Shown: positions 43,192 to 57,187, numbered from the stretch's first letter. The stretch: DNA of 64,000 nt from Lepidodermella squamata (GCA_047495785.1 JBLDXI010000042.1:992001-1056000), one strand, 5' to 3'. A program made the numbers and translations. The notes: generated by a model not told the origin, from the sequence alone.

Positions 43192-46100
43192 ATGCCCTGC
43201 GCTAAGCTGGGGTTGTCAGCATGGTCGATCCATGTCCTGTTACTGTCAAGTGTATTACAGCTATCGGCCGGTTCATGGGTGCGATGTTTCTCGCAGTTTG
43301 ACGACTCTTTCGACCAGATTTGCCGCCGATCTACTGTTGGCTGTGACATCTTGGAATCTTACCAAGTGCGTTGAGATTAATGTTTAAAACAAATTACACG
43401 TTGTTTATTACTTTTATTACTGTTACTAGTAATACTTTAGTCTTTAGTACTAACTTTAGTTTGATATCATTTCCTTTTCTCTTTATTTGGAATGATTGAT
43501 TTGGGAAAATTTCGTAATTTGATTGGAAAATAATTGAGCTTGTGCTCGGCAAAGGATGAAGGGATTCCGCCTTTCACCCCCTCGAAATCTCCCTCGAAAT
43601 CTCTCTGGGGGCCGTGAAAATTATTCACAAGAAAAAATGGTCCGAATTCGGGGGTGCACGATTGATTTTTACTAGCCATTCCATCATCCGAATTCATACG
43701 TCATGGGGCCTGCTAATTCGGGGGACAACTCTGCATTGTGCGAATTCGGGGGTTCAAAATTAACAATTTTCATAGGTGGGAATTCGGACCTAAGCAATTA
43801 ATTAATGCACATTTTTAAAAATTATTTGTCAACAATGAATGATTACGCAGTTTTCAATACCGAAATATTTATATTTTGAAATTCAAGTCAATTTTCAAGC
43901 CAGTCGACCTTTGTTCATGAATACGACACTTAGAACTTAGATGGTATGAATTCATAGTTCTGAAAAAACAGCACTTTGCAACCTCTTGATTTCAGGGCCA
44001 ACCCCCAATTTCAGATGGAGCATTGCCTGATTTCGGACCATATTTTTCAAGTGTTCCGTGGATCGTGGATCGTTAACGCTAATTTTGAAAAATGTTTGTT
44101 GATTTAGTTGATCCCTATTTTAGGTTATTTAGATTTCAAATGATTCATGAATCATTTTTTTTGCAGAGGAACAGTGGTTTCAAATTCAATTTTTCAAAGA
44201 TTGGTGAGAATCCTGACGTGTCATGATTTTATGTGATTTATCAGTGTCATTAATTTGATTGAAAGCGAAAGTGGGACATTGATTGATTTGATTGATTGAA
44301 GGAGGTCCGTGATTTAAGCCGTAAATCAAATCAAATCAAATTGAAAGCTCTGGACAGAGTACCAATAAGATTTTATATATTTTATATATTTTTAATCTCT
44401 CAATTGCTTTTTTTTAATTAGCTCTCGGATAGAGTTTACGCTGACAATACGCTATGCACCTTCGGGGTAATTTTTGTAATCTGCAAATTAGCAGAATGAG
44501 ACTTATTGTTTCACTAACAGCCTGCCCACAGCTGCTACAACCCTGCAACGCTAACACTGCGCTGTTTACCGGGCGATATTTCTTGCCCAGCGAATTTTTT
44601 CGAGGTAGTGAACAGCGGGGCTTTATGTATTCAACTTCCTGGTTAAAATTTCATTCTCATTCTGGCTGAATTCAGATCGAACGATTCCGAGGCTACGATT
44701 TACTGCGCAGAAGTCTAGCCGATTGCGAGAACTCGACGAGAAACGTAGCAATTGTTACTGAGGCGTTTCGCAATCGACTGTAATGTAATTACAGGGTTTG
44801 ACTTATCAACGATGCCTGAATGGTACCAACTACGTTGCCTGCATGCCTTCGAAGCTGAAATGCCCTGCTGGGACGGTTGGTAATTTTGAATGAATTTCGA
44901 TAAATTACCGAACTTCGAATTTTTTCAGTTGCCATCTCGGAGATATCAAACTCTGCCGGAGTGCGCCGCGACTTTCCGTGAGTTCGAGCAGAAAGAATTG
45001 AGATTGTATTAATTTTATCTATTGCTGTAGAAACGCGCCCCGTGAATTCGGAGTCGCACGTGCGCTGCTTCAATGAACAAACCGGTGCTTTCCTCGGCTG
45101 TCGGCCAGCAGCGATTGGCTGCTCGCAAGTTGCCAACGAAACATCGGTAGTTTTCCACTTGTGAAAACAAGGCGATAATTTTGGTACATTTAATTGTTAC
45201 TAGGGATTCAGCCCGCGGCCTTACATCGATCGTGCGCACTGCGAGAAATGGGTTCGGCGTTTTGCTTTATTTTTTTATTCAAGATGTTCTTAAATTCAAT
45301 GCCTCAGTTTCCCCAACTAGTTTTTGTTTTTTCGAAAGCGATAAGAGAGGAAGTTTTGTTTGGTAAAATTATATTGCTATCAAACAGCTCGGAAACATAA
45401 CTTAATTCCAGATATCTGCTGAGGTTTTCAATGCGCTCCCCTTTGTTTGCAGAATGCAGCTGCGTGTCTACGGAATGGCCGTGTTCAGTGCAGGAACAGA
45501 TGCCCGAATGGTTGGACTTTGGTAAGTAAATCGGATGACAGTCTACGAGAATGAGTCAATGTAAGGGAAAGGATTGAACTGAAAACAGAATTCGTTCAGT
45601 TCAGAGCAATGTTTCAGTGATTATCTACACTACGTCCGCCATCTAACTTTCAAAAAGAAATACTGTATACGTACTAATTTTCGCGGAAATCTTGAATTCG
45701 CGAATTACCCAAAAATGAACATTTTTTATTTTCGCGAAATTTTAAATTCGCGAGGGCGATCCTTGGATAATTGAGTAATAAAACACTAATTTTCGCGAAA
45801 ATCTTGAATTCGCGAGGATACCGCGATCTCGGTAAAAGTTATGTGCCTTTCGTTGCGCGCGGTGCTCAATTCCAGCCCGCTGATTGGTTATCAATCAGAA
45901 CTTGGCTCGCGCGCACTTGTACTTAGTAGTCTTCACAAGCGCGCGTATCAGTTCATTTTTCTTAGTATTGATTTTTAACAAATTTTAGACCGCGCGCGCA
46001 GATTTCAAAGCATTACTACCAAACATCGCGTCGGTTTTCAGACTACAAAATAATTCCAACAATTCGCTATCGAATAGATATAGGGTTCTCGCGTGAAAAA

Positions 46101-49100
46101 GTAATGGAAATAAGTTATACGCGCACCTCAAAATTTGCGCACAGGATGAGAGTTTGAAAACGAAATTGAAGTCGCGCGTAAGATTTTCCCATAATTCTTT
46201 TCGCGAGAAACATATCTATTCGATAGAGAATTTTTTGAATTTTATCAGAGTATAAAAACCGCCGAAATAATCAGAAGTATCTTTCTGTCAATAGCGCGCG
46301 CGGTCCTAAAATGATAATTTGAGTTGAATTTGATTGTTTTCGCAAAATCCACATTTACCCTCTGATTGCGCAATCTGAGGGCCCGTAATTCTCGTAACTC
46401 GTGCGCATGTCTTCCCGGTTATGCGGGCAATAGTGGCTGGTTGCGAAATTGATAGCTGTGTAGAGAAGCGGAAAGTGCTAAGGCGCGCTTTATCGACTAC
46501 TCGATCTACAATGGCACACTAATTATGGCACCAGTGATTTGATTGGCTTAGTCGTCTCAGCCAATCAGCGGCGCCAGCAGCAGCGGCATCCACTTTTAAC
46601 TCAAGCAGTTTTTCATACTGCTAGGAAATGTGCATGAAATGACCAAACCTTTTACTTCTCGAAGGTGCCTGGTGCCCAAGACCGCTTTACAAATCGTTTA
46701 GAATTACGTAATCTCTGCGGGCGATTTTCTTACGAGGGATTTTTTCGCGTGCAATGAATTTTTTCGAGGGATAAATTTTCGCGAATCTTGAATTCGCGAG
46801 CCGAGGTAATTAAAATCACAGCGAAAATGTGTACGTATACATATACAGTATATTTATCTAGGAAAATAAATCTATTACGATCTCATTTTCTCGGCAGTTT
46901 TTCTCAATTGGAACTTCTGCATTTTTCAGGTCAAGGTTTTCCAATCTACGCCATCATCGTTCGCGACTGCCTATTCGAACTGCCTAGCCTTTGCAGCCTC
47001 TGTCACCCCGCCGGTATAATTATTTGTTTTTGTATAAAAAATCTTAAAATTGTTTTCGTAGTTCAACTACAAACAGTGCTTGGATCCGGCAACCTTCGAT
47101 TTGATGTCTTGTGTTAAGAAAATTGAAAATTGCCCTGGCACTTCGGTGTGTTATGAGCAGTATTACTTTGAATGTAAAATTGATTGCTTTTCAATGAATA
47201 GACCAACGATTTCTCGAGGGCTATCGACTTCAACACAACAGAGACATGTCTTAACGGTAGGTTAGCTCTATAGTCCTCTGACGTATCTGTGCGCAAAAGT
47301 CACGTTAAAGCACTCGGAAGCCAAAGGGTCGGTGGAGAATGGTAATCTAGGATTCAGGGTAGGAAATTAGCGCCTTGACAAAAGCACCCCTTGTTTAAAG
47401 AACCGGTCTGCCACCGGATCCCGTGCCTTTATCGAATGACTGCTGTATCGTCCACTTGCCTTCGGGCCTGCTGTCGATCTAGCCGCTTAACAAAATTGGT
47501 ACTGCATGGCGGCTAATAGCCTATGTAGGCTGGAATGCTATGAATGGCCTCGGTTCCAGCATGTAGGGGTTCCAGTTCACGCTCAGGGCCTAGAAATGAA
47601 TATGACTGCATCATTGTGTTCTGACAGGAACTTGTTACCCATAAGAGGAGAAAACTAAATTCGAGCCAAAAAATAATGAAAATTCAGCTGAATTCGAACT
47701 TCGAACTGCGAACTGAGGAATAATAATAAATTGATCAACATTGTGTCATTTCAGCATCGAAGCCGGACTCGTTTCCGCACATCCGTTGCTTCAAAACGGA
47801 ATCGCCATTCGAGTTTACGGGTTGCCTGGCTCTTCCCAATCAATGCCCAGCTGGCGAGTCGAACGTAATTATTTGTTGTTAGCTATTGCGATCGAATTAA
47901 ATTTTCTAATTTTTAGGCAATCGACAACACGATTTACAGCTCGAAGGCTTTATGCGAAGACGGGGTAGGTCGTGTTTAGACGAATCGACAAATACGAAAA
48001 AGCATATACCATTCTCAAGAAATCGCCATTATCTTACATTCAATGCTCATCTCAAATTACTTATGAACTGTCCTCATTTCAGCACGCAGTGCAGTGTGAT
48101 ACCCCAGATGGCAAACGGTGTTACAAGACCTGTCCGACTGGAACTACTCAAGTAAGTTTCATCATCCGTGTGGCCGGTCAGGGACTCAATGCTGGTATTA
48201 TAGGTCAAACCCTACACCTCGGGATCCAATTTCGACGCCAACTACGCGAGATGCTGGCTCGAATACCTTGCGCTCAGCTCGAACAAGACCTACTATTTTC
48301 AATCGCAGGGTCCATTACTCGCCTATTTCCGCCCGCGACTGATCCAGTGTGCTGCGAATGGAGACCGTTTGGCCACGTTTCAAACCAAGGCGGATATGGC
48401 TGCGGCGATTCTCACAATACCTACTAACAGCTTGAGACAACCATACATCGGCCTGACGGCTGTATTCCGCTGGTTGGACGATAACTCTATTGTCGACATG
48501 ACGTCCCCGTTATGGTCTAACCTTGGTGTCCTACCGGGGAACTGTGAGTCTGAAGTCTGAATATGATTTTAAAGCCTGGAATAGCAAGCTTCTTTGACAC
48601 GGATTTGAAATTATTGATGATGGCACTTCCCATCTTGCCCAGGTATGGCTCTGTTTAGTCGTGGCTTGGAAGGTCAATACTGTACTGACGCAATGGACGG
48701 CTTAGTTTGCTACAAAGGCGACGTGAGTTCTTCAACACAAATAATATAATATTATAATGATTGAATATGACAATATTAGGCACCGGCAAGCGATAGATTA
48801 GTTTATGATGGTAGCTTCAATGGCACCTGGGCAGATGCTTCGAATGCATGCCAGTCGAAGAACATGACGCTGCCAGTTATCAAAGACCAGGATGCTTACA
48901 ATCAAACCATGGCGCTTTTAACATCACTCGGTAACAAATCGTTCTGGCTAAATGGCAAGAAGTCAGACCCGGCTGAAATCGGATGGATAACTGGCGAACC
49001 TTTTGACAAATCGTTGATCAGCATCAGGGAATTCATTGCATATCCTAACGCGGCCTGTACGTTCAATAGCATACCAACGCCGTAACACTTCAAGTGATTT

Positions 49101-49194
49101 CTGCTTTCTGTTAGGCTATATTTTATACCTCAAGCGTTACTTGCAGCAAAACCCTTGCTTGGACGTTGCTCCCGCGATATGTGAGCGAGTATGA
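43192..49194 (+). CDS. Secreted protein with eight tandem 4-Cys modules and two C-terminal C-type lectin-like domains (~19 small exons)
   Basis: Signal exon 43192-~43365; chain of AG/GT-bounded micro-exons with Cys-patterned frames; CTLD1 CAANGDRLA..YIGL..FRW.D..W; CTLD2 TWADASNACQSKNMTL..FWLNG..W..G..C..NPC..AICE. Confidence 0.75.
45661..46850. mobile_element. 1.19-kb non-autonomous foldback DNA element inside an intron of the lectin gene
   Basis: Ends tactgtatacgtactaattttcgc / gcgaaaatgtgtacgtatac..acagta; subterminal ttcgcgaa..ttgaattcgcga repeats; inner inverted pair ~45985-46100 / 46198-46312. Confidence 0.8.
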
Positions 49195-50790
49195 GCAGCC
49201 GCACGAAGCAAAACAGCCTACTACAGTCCTACTACATTGATAGCTGTTCGACTCAGTTTGAAAAGCATTGACGACTTCTTAAATAATATTATGATTACTA
49301 GCAACTTTCATCGGCAATTATTTTAGACGAATGCTTATATTTAATCAATTCATTTTGAGTTGCAAATTACTGAACAAATTAAGGTATTAGAAATTCAGAA
49401 AAATGAAGTGATGAAAATAAATGATGGGAAATATAACACTGTGCCTATATTTTTAACCTTGAAACACAAATCTATATTTTTTCATACTTCAAATATAGAT
49501 TTGAATATGAACTATATTTCTGATCTATATCTGAAATATAGATTCAGGTGTATCTATATTTTTGACCTGGAAAATCTATATTTTGAATATAGATGCCCAT
49601 TTCCAAGCCCAATACTTCCGAGGTCTTGAAACAGCTAATTCTAACGGAAAAACGCAGGGATATAGTTATCGCAACACAATTTATTATGAACGAAAATGGA
49701 GAAATTCAATTTTGAGAATAATTTAGACGGGGACAGCTTGGCAGACGGGCTGCAAAAATTGCCCGTAGGAACCAGAATTTCTCAGAAAACTCCGGAAAAT
49801 CGGGCAGCATTTCGTCCCCGCTGTGCATGAATTCGCAGCGATTCGTGGGTCGGATCGCGCAGAAGATCATTGAACAGAAATTCGGTCAGCAAGTCGCCTT
49901 CAACGATCAATAGAACGCGCCGGGAACACTGAGCAGAAAATCCAGAAAATCGGACAGCATTTTGACCCCAATTCGCAGAAATCACCACCTTGAAACTTTA
50001 TTGAACTTGGAGCACTCTTCCAGCGACAGTTCCGATTCGATCACGTTGAAAACATTGACGTACCAAACACCGTTGCGACGCGCTAGTCCGAAACTGAACA
50101 ATTTTCAACAACCTGAGATGCGATTCCGACAGACTGCTGTCGACCTTCTTTCATTGCATCCAAACGTGTCGTTCAGATCGAACCAGTTTCTTCGGATCGA
50201 AAGGCGCAAAGTTTTCGCGAACATTGATTTCGAAGGAAGCAGGTTTCAGGGTTGATGGGTTATCGAACCATTCGGCTTCAATTGCGGCAGCTTTGCCAAT
50301 CGGAGCAGAATTCTGGGAGCATTTGTTCGGGAAATTCGAGCGGAATTCCGGTCGGACAGAAAATCGACTTTCAAAACGAGACGAAATTCGAACGAATGAG
50401 AAAAATGAGCGAGAATGATAGAAACTCATTAACCTCGTGAAATCTCGTCTCCACTCGCCTGCCGGCTCGTTCCGCCTCGATTTCACTCGTTTCATTCGTT
50501 TTACTCGATCTATATTTTGTGCTTCACTCAAATATAGATTCCTACTCATGTTATATCATACAAATATACATTAGAATCGTTAGAACGCGAGCACACAACG
50601 CATCTTCATTTTTTTTACCGCACATTCCCAGACCCGACAATCGTATTGGTTGAATAGTCACGCGTAAACCTGCACAAGTGACTTATCGAAAACATTTTTT
50701 TCAGACCGCAAAATGTGAGCAATTCTTGTCAATTGATGCGCGGTCCTCGTTCGAAAAAATCATAATTTGAGGCGAAATTTGTTAATGTGC

Positions 50791-51745
50791 ATTTATTTAT
50801 TTATTTATTTATTTATAAGCTTTAACGCCCTTGACAAGAGGTAATTTGAAAGTGAAACATGTAATTGCAGGACAGTTTACAGATGAATAGGACATTGGCA
50901 AATGATAACAAAAATTGCTTTTTACGAGTGCAGATAGTGTAGTAGTGATGTAACAGCAATTTTTAGGCAACAACAATTCTTGACAAGCTGGATAGCTTCA
51001 TAAAAATATAAGATACATACAAGACAAAATCAAGGCTAATTTATATTCAATTTCAATTTGCCGGCATTATTGGAATGACAATACAGATAAACAGCTTCAC
51101 GACATTCCTGCGCTGATTCTGCTTGATGTGCTGCCGTCGGAAGCTGGTTCCACCAATCAGGCCCGCGGTAACCTAAACTGAGTGCACCGCGCTCTTTGCG
51201 TTCTGTTGGCTTGATCATTGGCTCAAAGTGACGAAAGCCGTACGCGTTGACTGCGTTCAATAGAGTTTGCAACATTGATGGCGCTTGTTGATGTAGACAG
51301 TTCCAGATGAATGTAGCTAGGTGGATCCCGTGTTTTTGATTCACGTCGACCCAACCTAGACGGCGTCTTGATGGTTCGGGATCAGCCAAGGGATGTGCAC
51401 CGCAAATGACACGAATGGCCCGATCTTGAGTTGATTGCAATTTGGCTAGCGAACTCGGCTCTGCCTGACCCAGCGTGATGTCACCGTAATTCAAATGACT
51501 AAACACAAGCCCGTTGGCCATCGTAATCGCCGTCTTTCTATCGACAAACTTGACGGCCAAGCGAAGGGCGTAGAGCCCTCTTCTCGCCTTGCTCTTGGCA
51601 CTCCTTATTTGTTTCTTGAAGGTGAGTTTGTCGTCGATGATAAACCCGAGAGTTATCATTTCATTTGACGGTTGGACAACCACATCGCCGATAGTGATAG
51701 CGAAGTTTGGAGCCGAAGGAACGGCGCACTTGAGTATCATGTGTC
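50791..51745 (-). mobile_element. 5'-truncated LINE (CR1/L2-like): C-terminus of ORF2, 3' UTR and (TAAA)n tail
   Basis: TLGFIIDDKLTFKKQI, LVFSHLNYG, KLQSTQDRAIRVI, RRLGW, SLGYRGPDWWNQLP; (ttta)n at 50792-50816. Confidence 0.9.
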
Positions 51746-52518
51746 CGATACTTCGGAGGAAGTGCGTTCAAGTTCAAGCAGGGATAAATTGGGCGCCAGA
51801 ATCACTGAAAACTCTGCTGCCGTCGAATGTTGCGATTTGGCCGTTGGTTTCTGATTTGAATGACCGTGTCGACCCGGCCGCGAATTTCTCCGCCCCTACT
51901 ACGGCTCTTCCATTGGTCACCGGGCCGTTTGGCGTCTCGAACTCGGCGCTCTATTTCAATTCAACCAATGCTATGGCAATAACTTCTGCTGATAAGGTCA
52001 AGCTTAACAACGTCAGTTTTACTATTACTTTTCTCGCAAAGATGTCGACCCAGCCAGATAGGCCGCTCCTAGAATTCGCACCTGATGGAACAACGCCGGG
52101 TCTGAAAATTTTGGCTCATACCAACCAAACTTTCCGAATTATAGCTAACAGTACTGGTGCTGATTTTGATTTTCAGTGCCCGTTAAGCTTGGAATGGCGC
52201 TTTCTGGCAATTCTTTTCAACAGTAACAACAACAGACTTGCTGCTTACTGCGACAGAAATGAAGGGTTTTCAAGGGTTTCATCACGACCTGTAACTAGAA
52301 CTGGATCCCTCAGCTTGGCAAGGTTAGTTTAGTCTCAGTTTCACCTGATATGGGTATCCATTCAAAATGTGTGGTTTTGAAGGTCTTGGGCCAGTCCAAC
52401 TGAGCCGCTTATGGGCAGTATCGCCTGTCTGAGCATTTTCTCTACACTTCTGGATCAAGGCAATTTGCGAATTGCGGAAATCAACTGCGCTTCTTTTTCC
52501 GTTCCTGTAATGCGTTAA
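51739..52518 (+). CDS. LamG/ConA-like (pentraxin-fold) domain gene fragment; exons ~51739-52322 and 52383-52518; 5' end abuts the LINE
   Basis: AIWPL..D, GPFG..SALYF, SFTITF, PLLEF, WRFLAILFN, MGSIACLSIFSTLL; 60-nt phase-2 intron splices in frame. Confidence 0.7.
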
Positions 52519-52981
52519 AAAACTCGCAATCGTTGACTCTTTCATTTTTTCTGTTATGATGAAATATTTAGAAAATTATTTTTGTGAAAACTCTGACCTT
52601 CGAAATTATTCTTAATGTGAGTCTGAACTAGAATAAAACATCAAGCGCATTCCCCATAGCGTTGCAAAACCAAGTGGAATTGTCCAGCTTCGAACTAGTG
52701 GATTCTGCCAGTAATCAAGACACGTGCCAATATTGATTTCTGCTATAGATAGGCATTGTTTACCCAAGATCAGCCTTGTTTACCTAGGCCGAAAAAAAAC
52801 GTGTCGACTACTTAGCAACAATCGAATTCAGTTACGCAGCACTTATCCTTACGGAAGTACTATCGTTGTGCGAACGCTTAATCACGCTCACCGCACTAGT
52901 TTTGTTAGCACCTCCAAGCCTTAGCAACTATGACTGAAAAGAAGTGATTTATCCTATACAGTTACCAGCTTTTCATCCATC

Positions 52982-55900
52982 ATGGAACGTAGTAATACTA
53001 TGCAAATGCAAATGAACTCAAAGCCGTTTTTATACATAAGCCGCACCCTTGATTACAAGTCGAGTGAAATTCAATGGCTAGCTAGTCGTCTTTCAAGCAG
53101 TTTCCAAGTCGTTTTCAACGATAACGATGATTTAGCACCCTCTTCTTACAAACAGGTTAGAAATTTTCCGAAAAATAGCCATTGAGTCTTGATTTTTCTT
53201 GCAGGCTATCGACCGATGTGAAGCTGTGTTGATTTGCTTCTCGGCGAAATTCAAAGACCAGCCAACGAATAAAGCCGAGATTGAGTACGCTGCTATGCGG
53301 CATAAACCCATGTTCGTGATATTTCTCGAAGAAATTCAAGAAAAATCTGGAAAATCGTGGCTCATTGCGAATCAACAAGACCACGTCGACTGCTTCTAGT
53401 TAGACGATTTGCAAAACGCGACCTACGGCATTGTCCACTCTTTGAAAGCTCAAATTGCGGCTTCGAAGATTGGCCTACAAGTAATTGGTGCTCCGGTGAA
53501 CGATTTCGATAAAATTATTCAAAGAAATGCGGCTAGTAAGGTGGATTTTTCGAAACTTTTGATGGAAGCTTGTTTCTCAGAAACTCGTAAGTCCTTGCCG
53601 AATTGTTTTACTGAAAATTTAGAATTTTTCGAAATTTAGGTTTGGTTATTCTATCTGGCCGGGCTGAAGTTGGGAAAACAGCTTTCCTCCTTAGCTTATT
53701 TCAAGACTCTGGCCTACAGAAGTTATTCAACGAAAGATGCGGCCTTCGAGCTGCGTTATGGGTCGACTGCATACGTTGGCGCGATAATTGGGACGATTTT
53801 GCAGCTGAAAGGCTGAAAAAGCGATTAGACCATCTTATCAGCGTTCACCACCCTGAAATGCTGACCTCTGCTGATGTAACCAGCGATGACAAACGCGACT
53901 GCCTTTTCGTGCTGGATAACGTGTATCGGCCGGAGATTTTCAAGGTTGTTCAAGACCATTTGTGCTCGAATAAATGGCCAGCGGTTGTTGTATGCCGCGA
54001 AAAATCAGTCGATCACGGAATGGTGAAACAGAAATCATTTTACCTACCGCCCTTCACTGAGCAAGAAATTTCCGCATTGATCGCCGCTTCCGAATTTGAA
54101 ATTGAAAAGGAAGAATTACACTCGATTTACAAGAATTGCGACGGTTTGCCCAGAAAAGCTTTGCGGCTAGCGAAATCTTCAGTTAGTCAAAACAACTGGT
54201 TCTCATGTTGCTCGAAACGAAATTCGAAAATCGACCCTTTAGATGACTGCTTCGTCGATCTATCGAATGTCAAACCTGAGCGGAGTGATTTCAAGACGAG
54301 TAGCGTGGATATCGATTTTGTTAGCGTTCCGAACCTTGACATTGCTTACTACAGACGGCGAGAGGAAACTGACCTAATGTCGAACCTGAAAAGTCTAGAA
54401 ACAGGCCTATTGATGGTTTGCGGGTCTGGTGGTAATGGGAAATCGACTTTAGTCTCGAAAACTCTGAGAACTCAAGCTGGTAATCATCCATTCAACACTA
54501 TTTTCTGGCTTAACTGCTATCGGTGGTATCGAGGGGTGGAAAAACGGCCTGAATACGTCGAGTTTGTTCAGAGGCTAATGGAACTCGGCGCTGAAAATGC
54601 TCCGCCAGAACAGTCTAGAAAATGGTTGAAAATTCGCGATATGGTCAAGTATTTTCGAGAGGACCGACATCGAAAAATCCTATTCATATTGGACGACTGC
54701 TATCATCACTCATTGGTCGAATCGTTCATGAAGCTTACCAATGCTCCGTTTATAGCAATCACCCGTCAAGCAGATTGGTTAGCAGGGGTTAAAGTTGAGA
54801 GTCAAATCTACGTGAAACGGCTGTCCGAATCAGTGATTTGTGACATGTTGTTAACAAATTACGAATTGAAGGATCGATTGGCCCTTGAAGACATCATATA
54901 CCTTGCTAGGGAATGCCATGGTTCCCCGATTGTCGCTGGCCTAATCGGGGGTCGATTTTCGAGGCAAAAGGACTGTAAGAAGGTACTCAGGAACGTGCAA
55001 ACCTCAGAGAATATCCATGCGGCGAATATTTCTGAGGAAGCTGTGATTTCAAACTTATTTCGAGAAACTTTGAGGCAATGTGATACGGAGGTTCGATTTC
55101 GTTATTTCACCTTCCTACTCCTAAACCCTGGCAAGCCATTTCGAGTCTGCGAGTCGATGAATCTATGGGGCCTCAGTTCGGAGGATGAAGCTCTCGAAAC
55201 TCTGTACTTCTTCGAAGAATTGGGTCTGGTAAGGCCGACCCGTCTTCAGAGGAAGAAACAGCCCGGTTTCGAACTAGCCTACCAGATCCATCAAGTTCTT
55301 CACGAATCTGCTCTAAATTCTGCCTGGTCCCTCTTCCAATCGAAATGCTCCACAATCAACGAAGTAAGGATTCAAATAATGGCGGAATGTTCGAGTCGAA
55401 TGAAGGCCTTGAACGATCTGTTAACCGAGCCGATCAATCTAGCTACGAAGGTCGCTCTTTTCCTATATAAGGCAATTGTATTAGACCTAGGCGATCTTGT
55501 CAAACGAATTTGCTACAAATTCAAACCCGGTGATTTTAAGAAGCTCATCAAGCAACAGGTCGAGCAAATATCATCGGAGGGCGTTAAGCTTCAATGTAAC
55601 GATGAAGGTCTAACCGCCTTAATGGCAGTTGCGAGGTATGGCGATAAGGACTTCATCAACCTAACCTATCGGTTTTGCCCGGAGAGCATCAAATTGATCG
55701 ATTCTTCAAATGGAAGGACGGCACTTCTATCAGCGGCTGAGAACGGGAACCTTGACGCGGTTAAATTTCTCCATAAAAAATGGCCTGAAGCTTTGGTTCT
55801 CTACGACAAATCTGGCATGACGCCTTTATCGAAAGCTGTGGCTAATGACCATTTAGAGGTGTGTAAGTACCTCGCTGAAAATTGGCCGAGGGATGTACCG

Positions 55901-56938
55901 GTTTCGAACGAACTAGGCGTAACTCCTCTGTCAATCGCGACGAGATACGGCTTCACTCGGATCTCGAAAATGTTCATCGAGTATTGGCAGAATCTCCCGG
56001 AAGATCCTGGTTTAATAGTCGAGCTAGAGACAAAACGAGCCCCTCTCCACTGGGCGGCTGAAAGTGGAGATTTAGGCCTAGTTATCTTCCTAGCAGAGCG
56101 ATCGCCCCTATCTATCGATCTCAGAGACTCCGAGGGCTTTACCCCGATTCATCTTGCGATTAAGAAGAAACGCTACCCTATAGTTCATCACCTGGTTGAG
56201 GTTTCGATGTATACGGTCAATGTTCCTGATCTGGATGGGAAATGGCCTATTTCGATGGCTGCGGAGGTTGGGTCGTTAGAGCTGGCCGTTCTTCTAGGCG
56301 AACGCTACCCTGAAACAATCGATAAGTGCGACGATCGAGATGGCAAAACTGCTCTATGTCTCGCGGCTGAAAACGGCCATCTCGAGATAGTGAAATACTT
56401 CGCAGAAAAGTCGCCTGATCTCCTAAAATTGGGCTCGAAAGGCCAAGTTCTTCCGATAATGTTCGCCTCAGCTCATGGCAATCTCGACTCGGTGAAATAT
56501 CTCAGTGAAAAGTGGTTCGAAAGCCTGAAAATGACAGATCGGGACGGCAAAACACCGCTTCACTTCGCGATTGCAGCAAATCAAATCGAGGTGACAAAAT
56601 TTCTATCAACAACTTGCCCTGAAACTATTCGGTACAAAGAGTCGACTACAGGCCGAACCCCTTTAGCCGTAGCCGCTTTTGTAGGCAGTTTGGTCTCAGT
56701 TGAGTTTCTCAGCTCGAAATGGCCTGACGCTATGAAAATGTGTGACAATGACGGCCAAACCCCGCTGATGCTAGCTGTCAGTAAGAAGCACGTGATAGTC
56801 GCTAAATTTCTCGCCCAGAGATGCCCGGAATCGATTGACATTCAGGACAATACTGGCTACACACCGCTAACACTGGCTGATTTGAATAATCTCACTGAGA
56901 TATCTGAATTTTTAGCCGTCTTGAGTAAACGGAAATAA
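52982..56938 (+). CDS. TIR - STAND NTPase - STAND NTPase - ankyrin protein, copy 1; exons 52982-53155, 53205-53586 and 53640-56938; in-frame TAG at 53397-53399
   Basis: TIR (FLYIS, AIDRCEAVLICFS, KAEIEYA); Walker A GRAEVGKT / Walker B LFVLDNV / GLP; second GSGGNGKST / LFILDDC / ITR / GSP / IHQ; ~12 ankyrin repeats. Confidence 0.85.
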
Positions 56939-57187
56939 AATAACCAAGTCGCAATATTGCCAACGGGTTTTTCGCCTTATTAATTATTCATAATTCTTAC
57001 CTGGGGTTGTATATCGATTCGCGATGGGCTAAATCAATATAAAGAAGCGCGTCTCACCTAACGAACGAAGCAAACAGACGCAAAAACACACATACCGCGC
57101 TGTTCGTAAAGTAAAACGGGGAATTCTACGTCAACCACAAATGGTCCACCAAGCGTCGATTTGAACGAATTATCTCCTAGTGGCCCG

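Noticed and set aside
47300-47620. Possible tRNA-derived SINE or ncRNA in a lectin-gene intron
   Set aside because: A-box-like sequence only; no B box or cloverleaf; only the ~50-bp match to 35528-35580 is supportable
51589-51738. Apparent signal peptide at the start of the 247-aa ORF
   Set aside because: It is antisense LINE ORF2 sequence with a TTG start; not accepted as the native N-terminus
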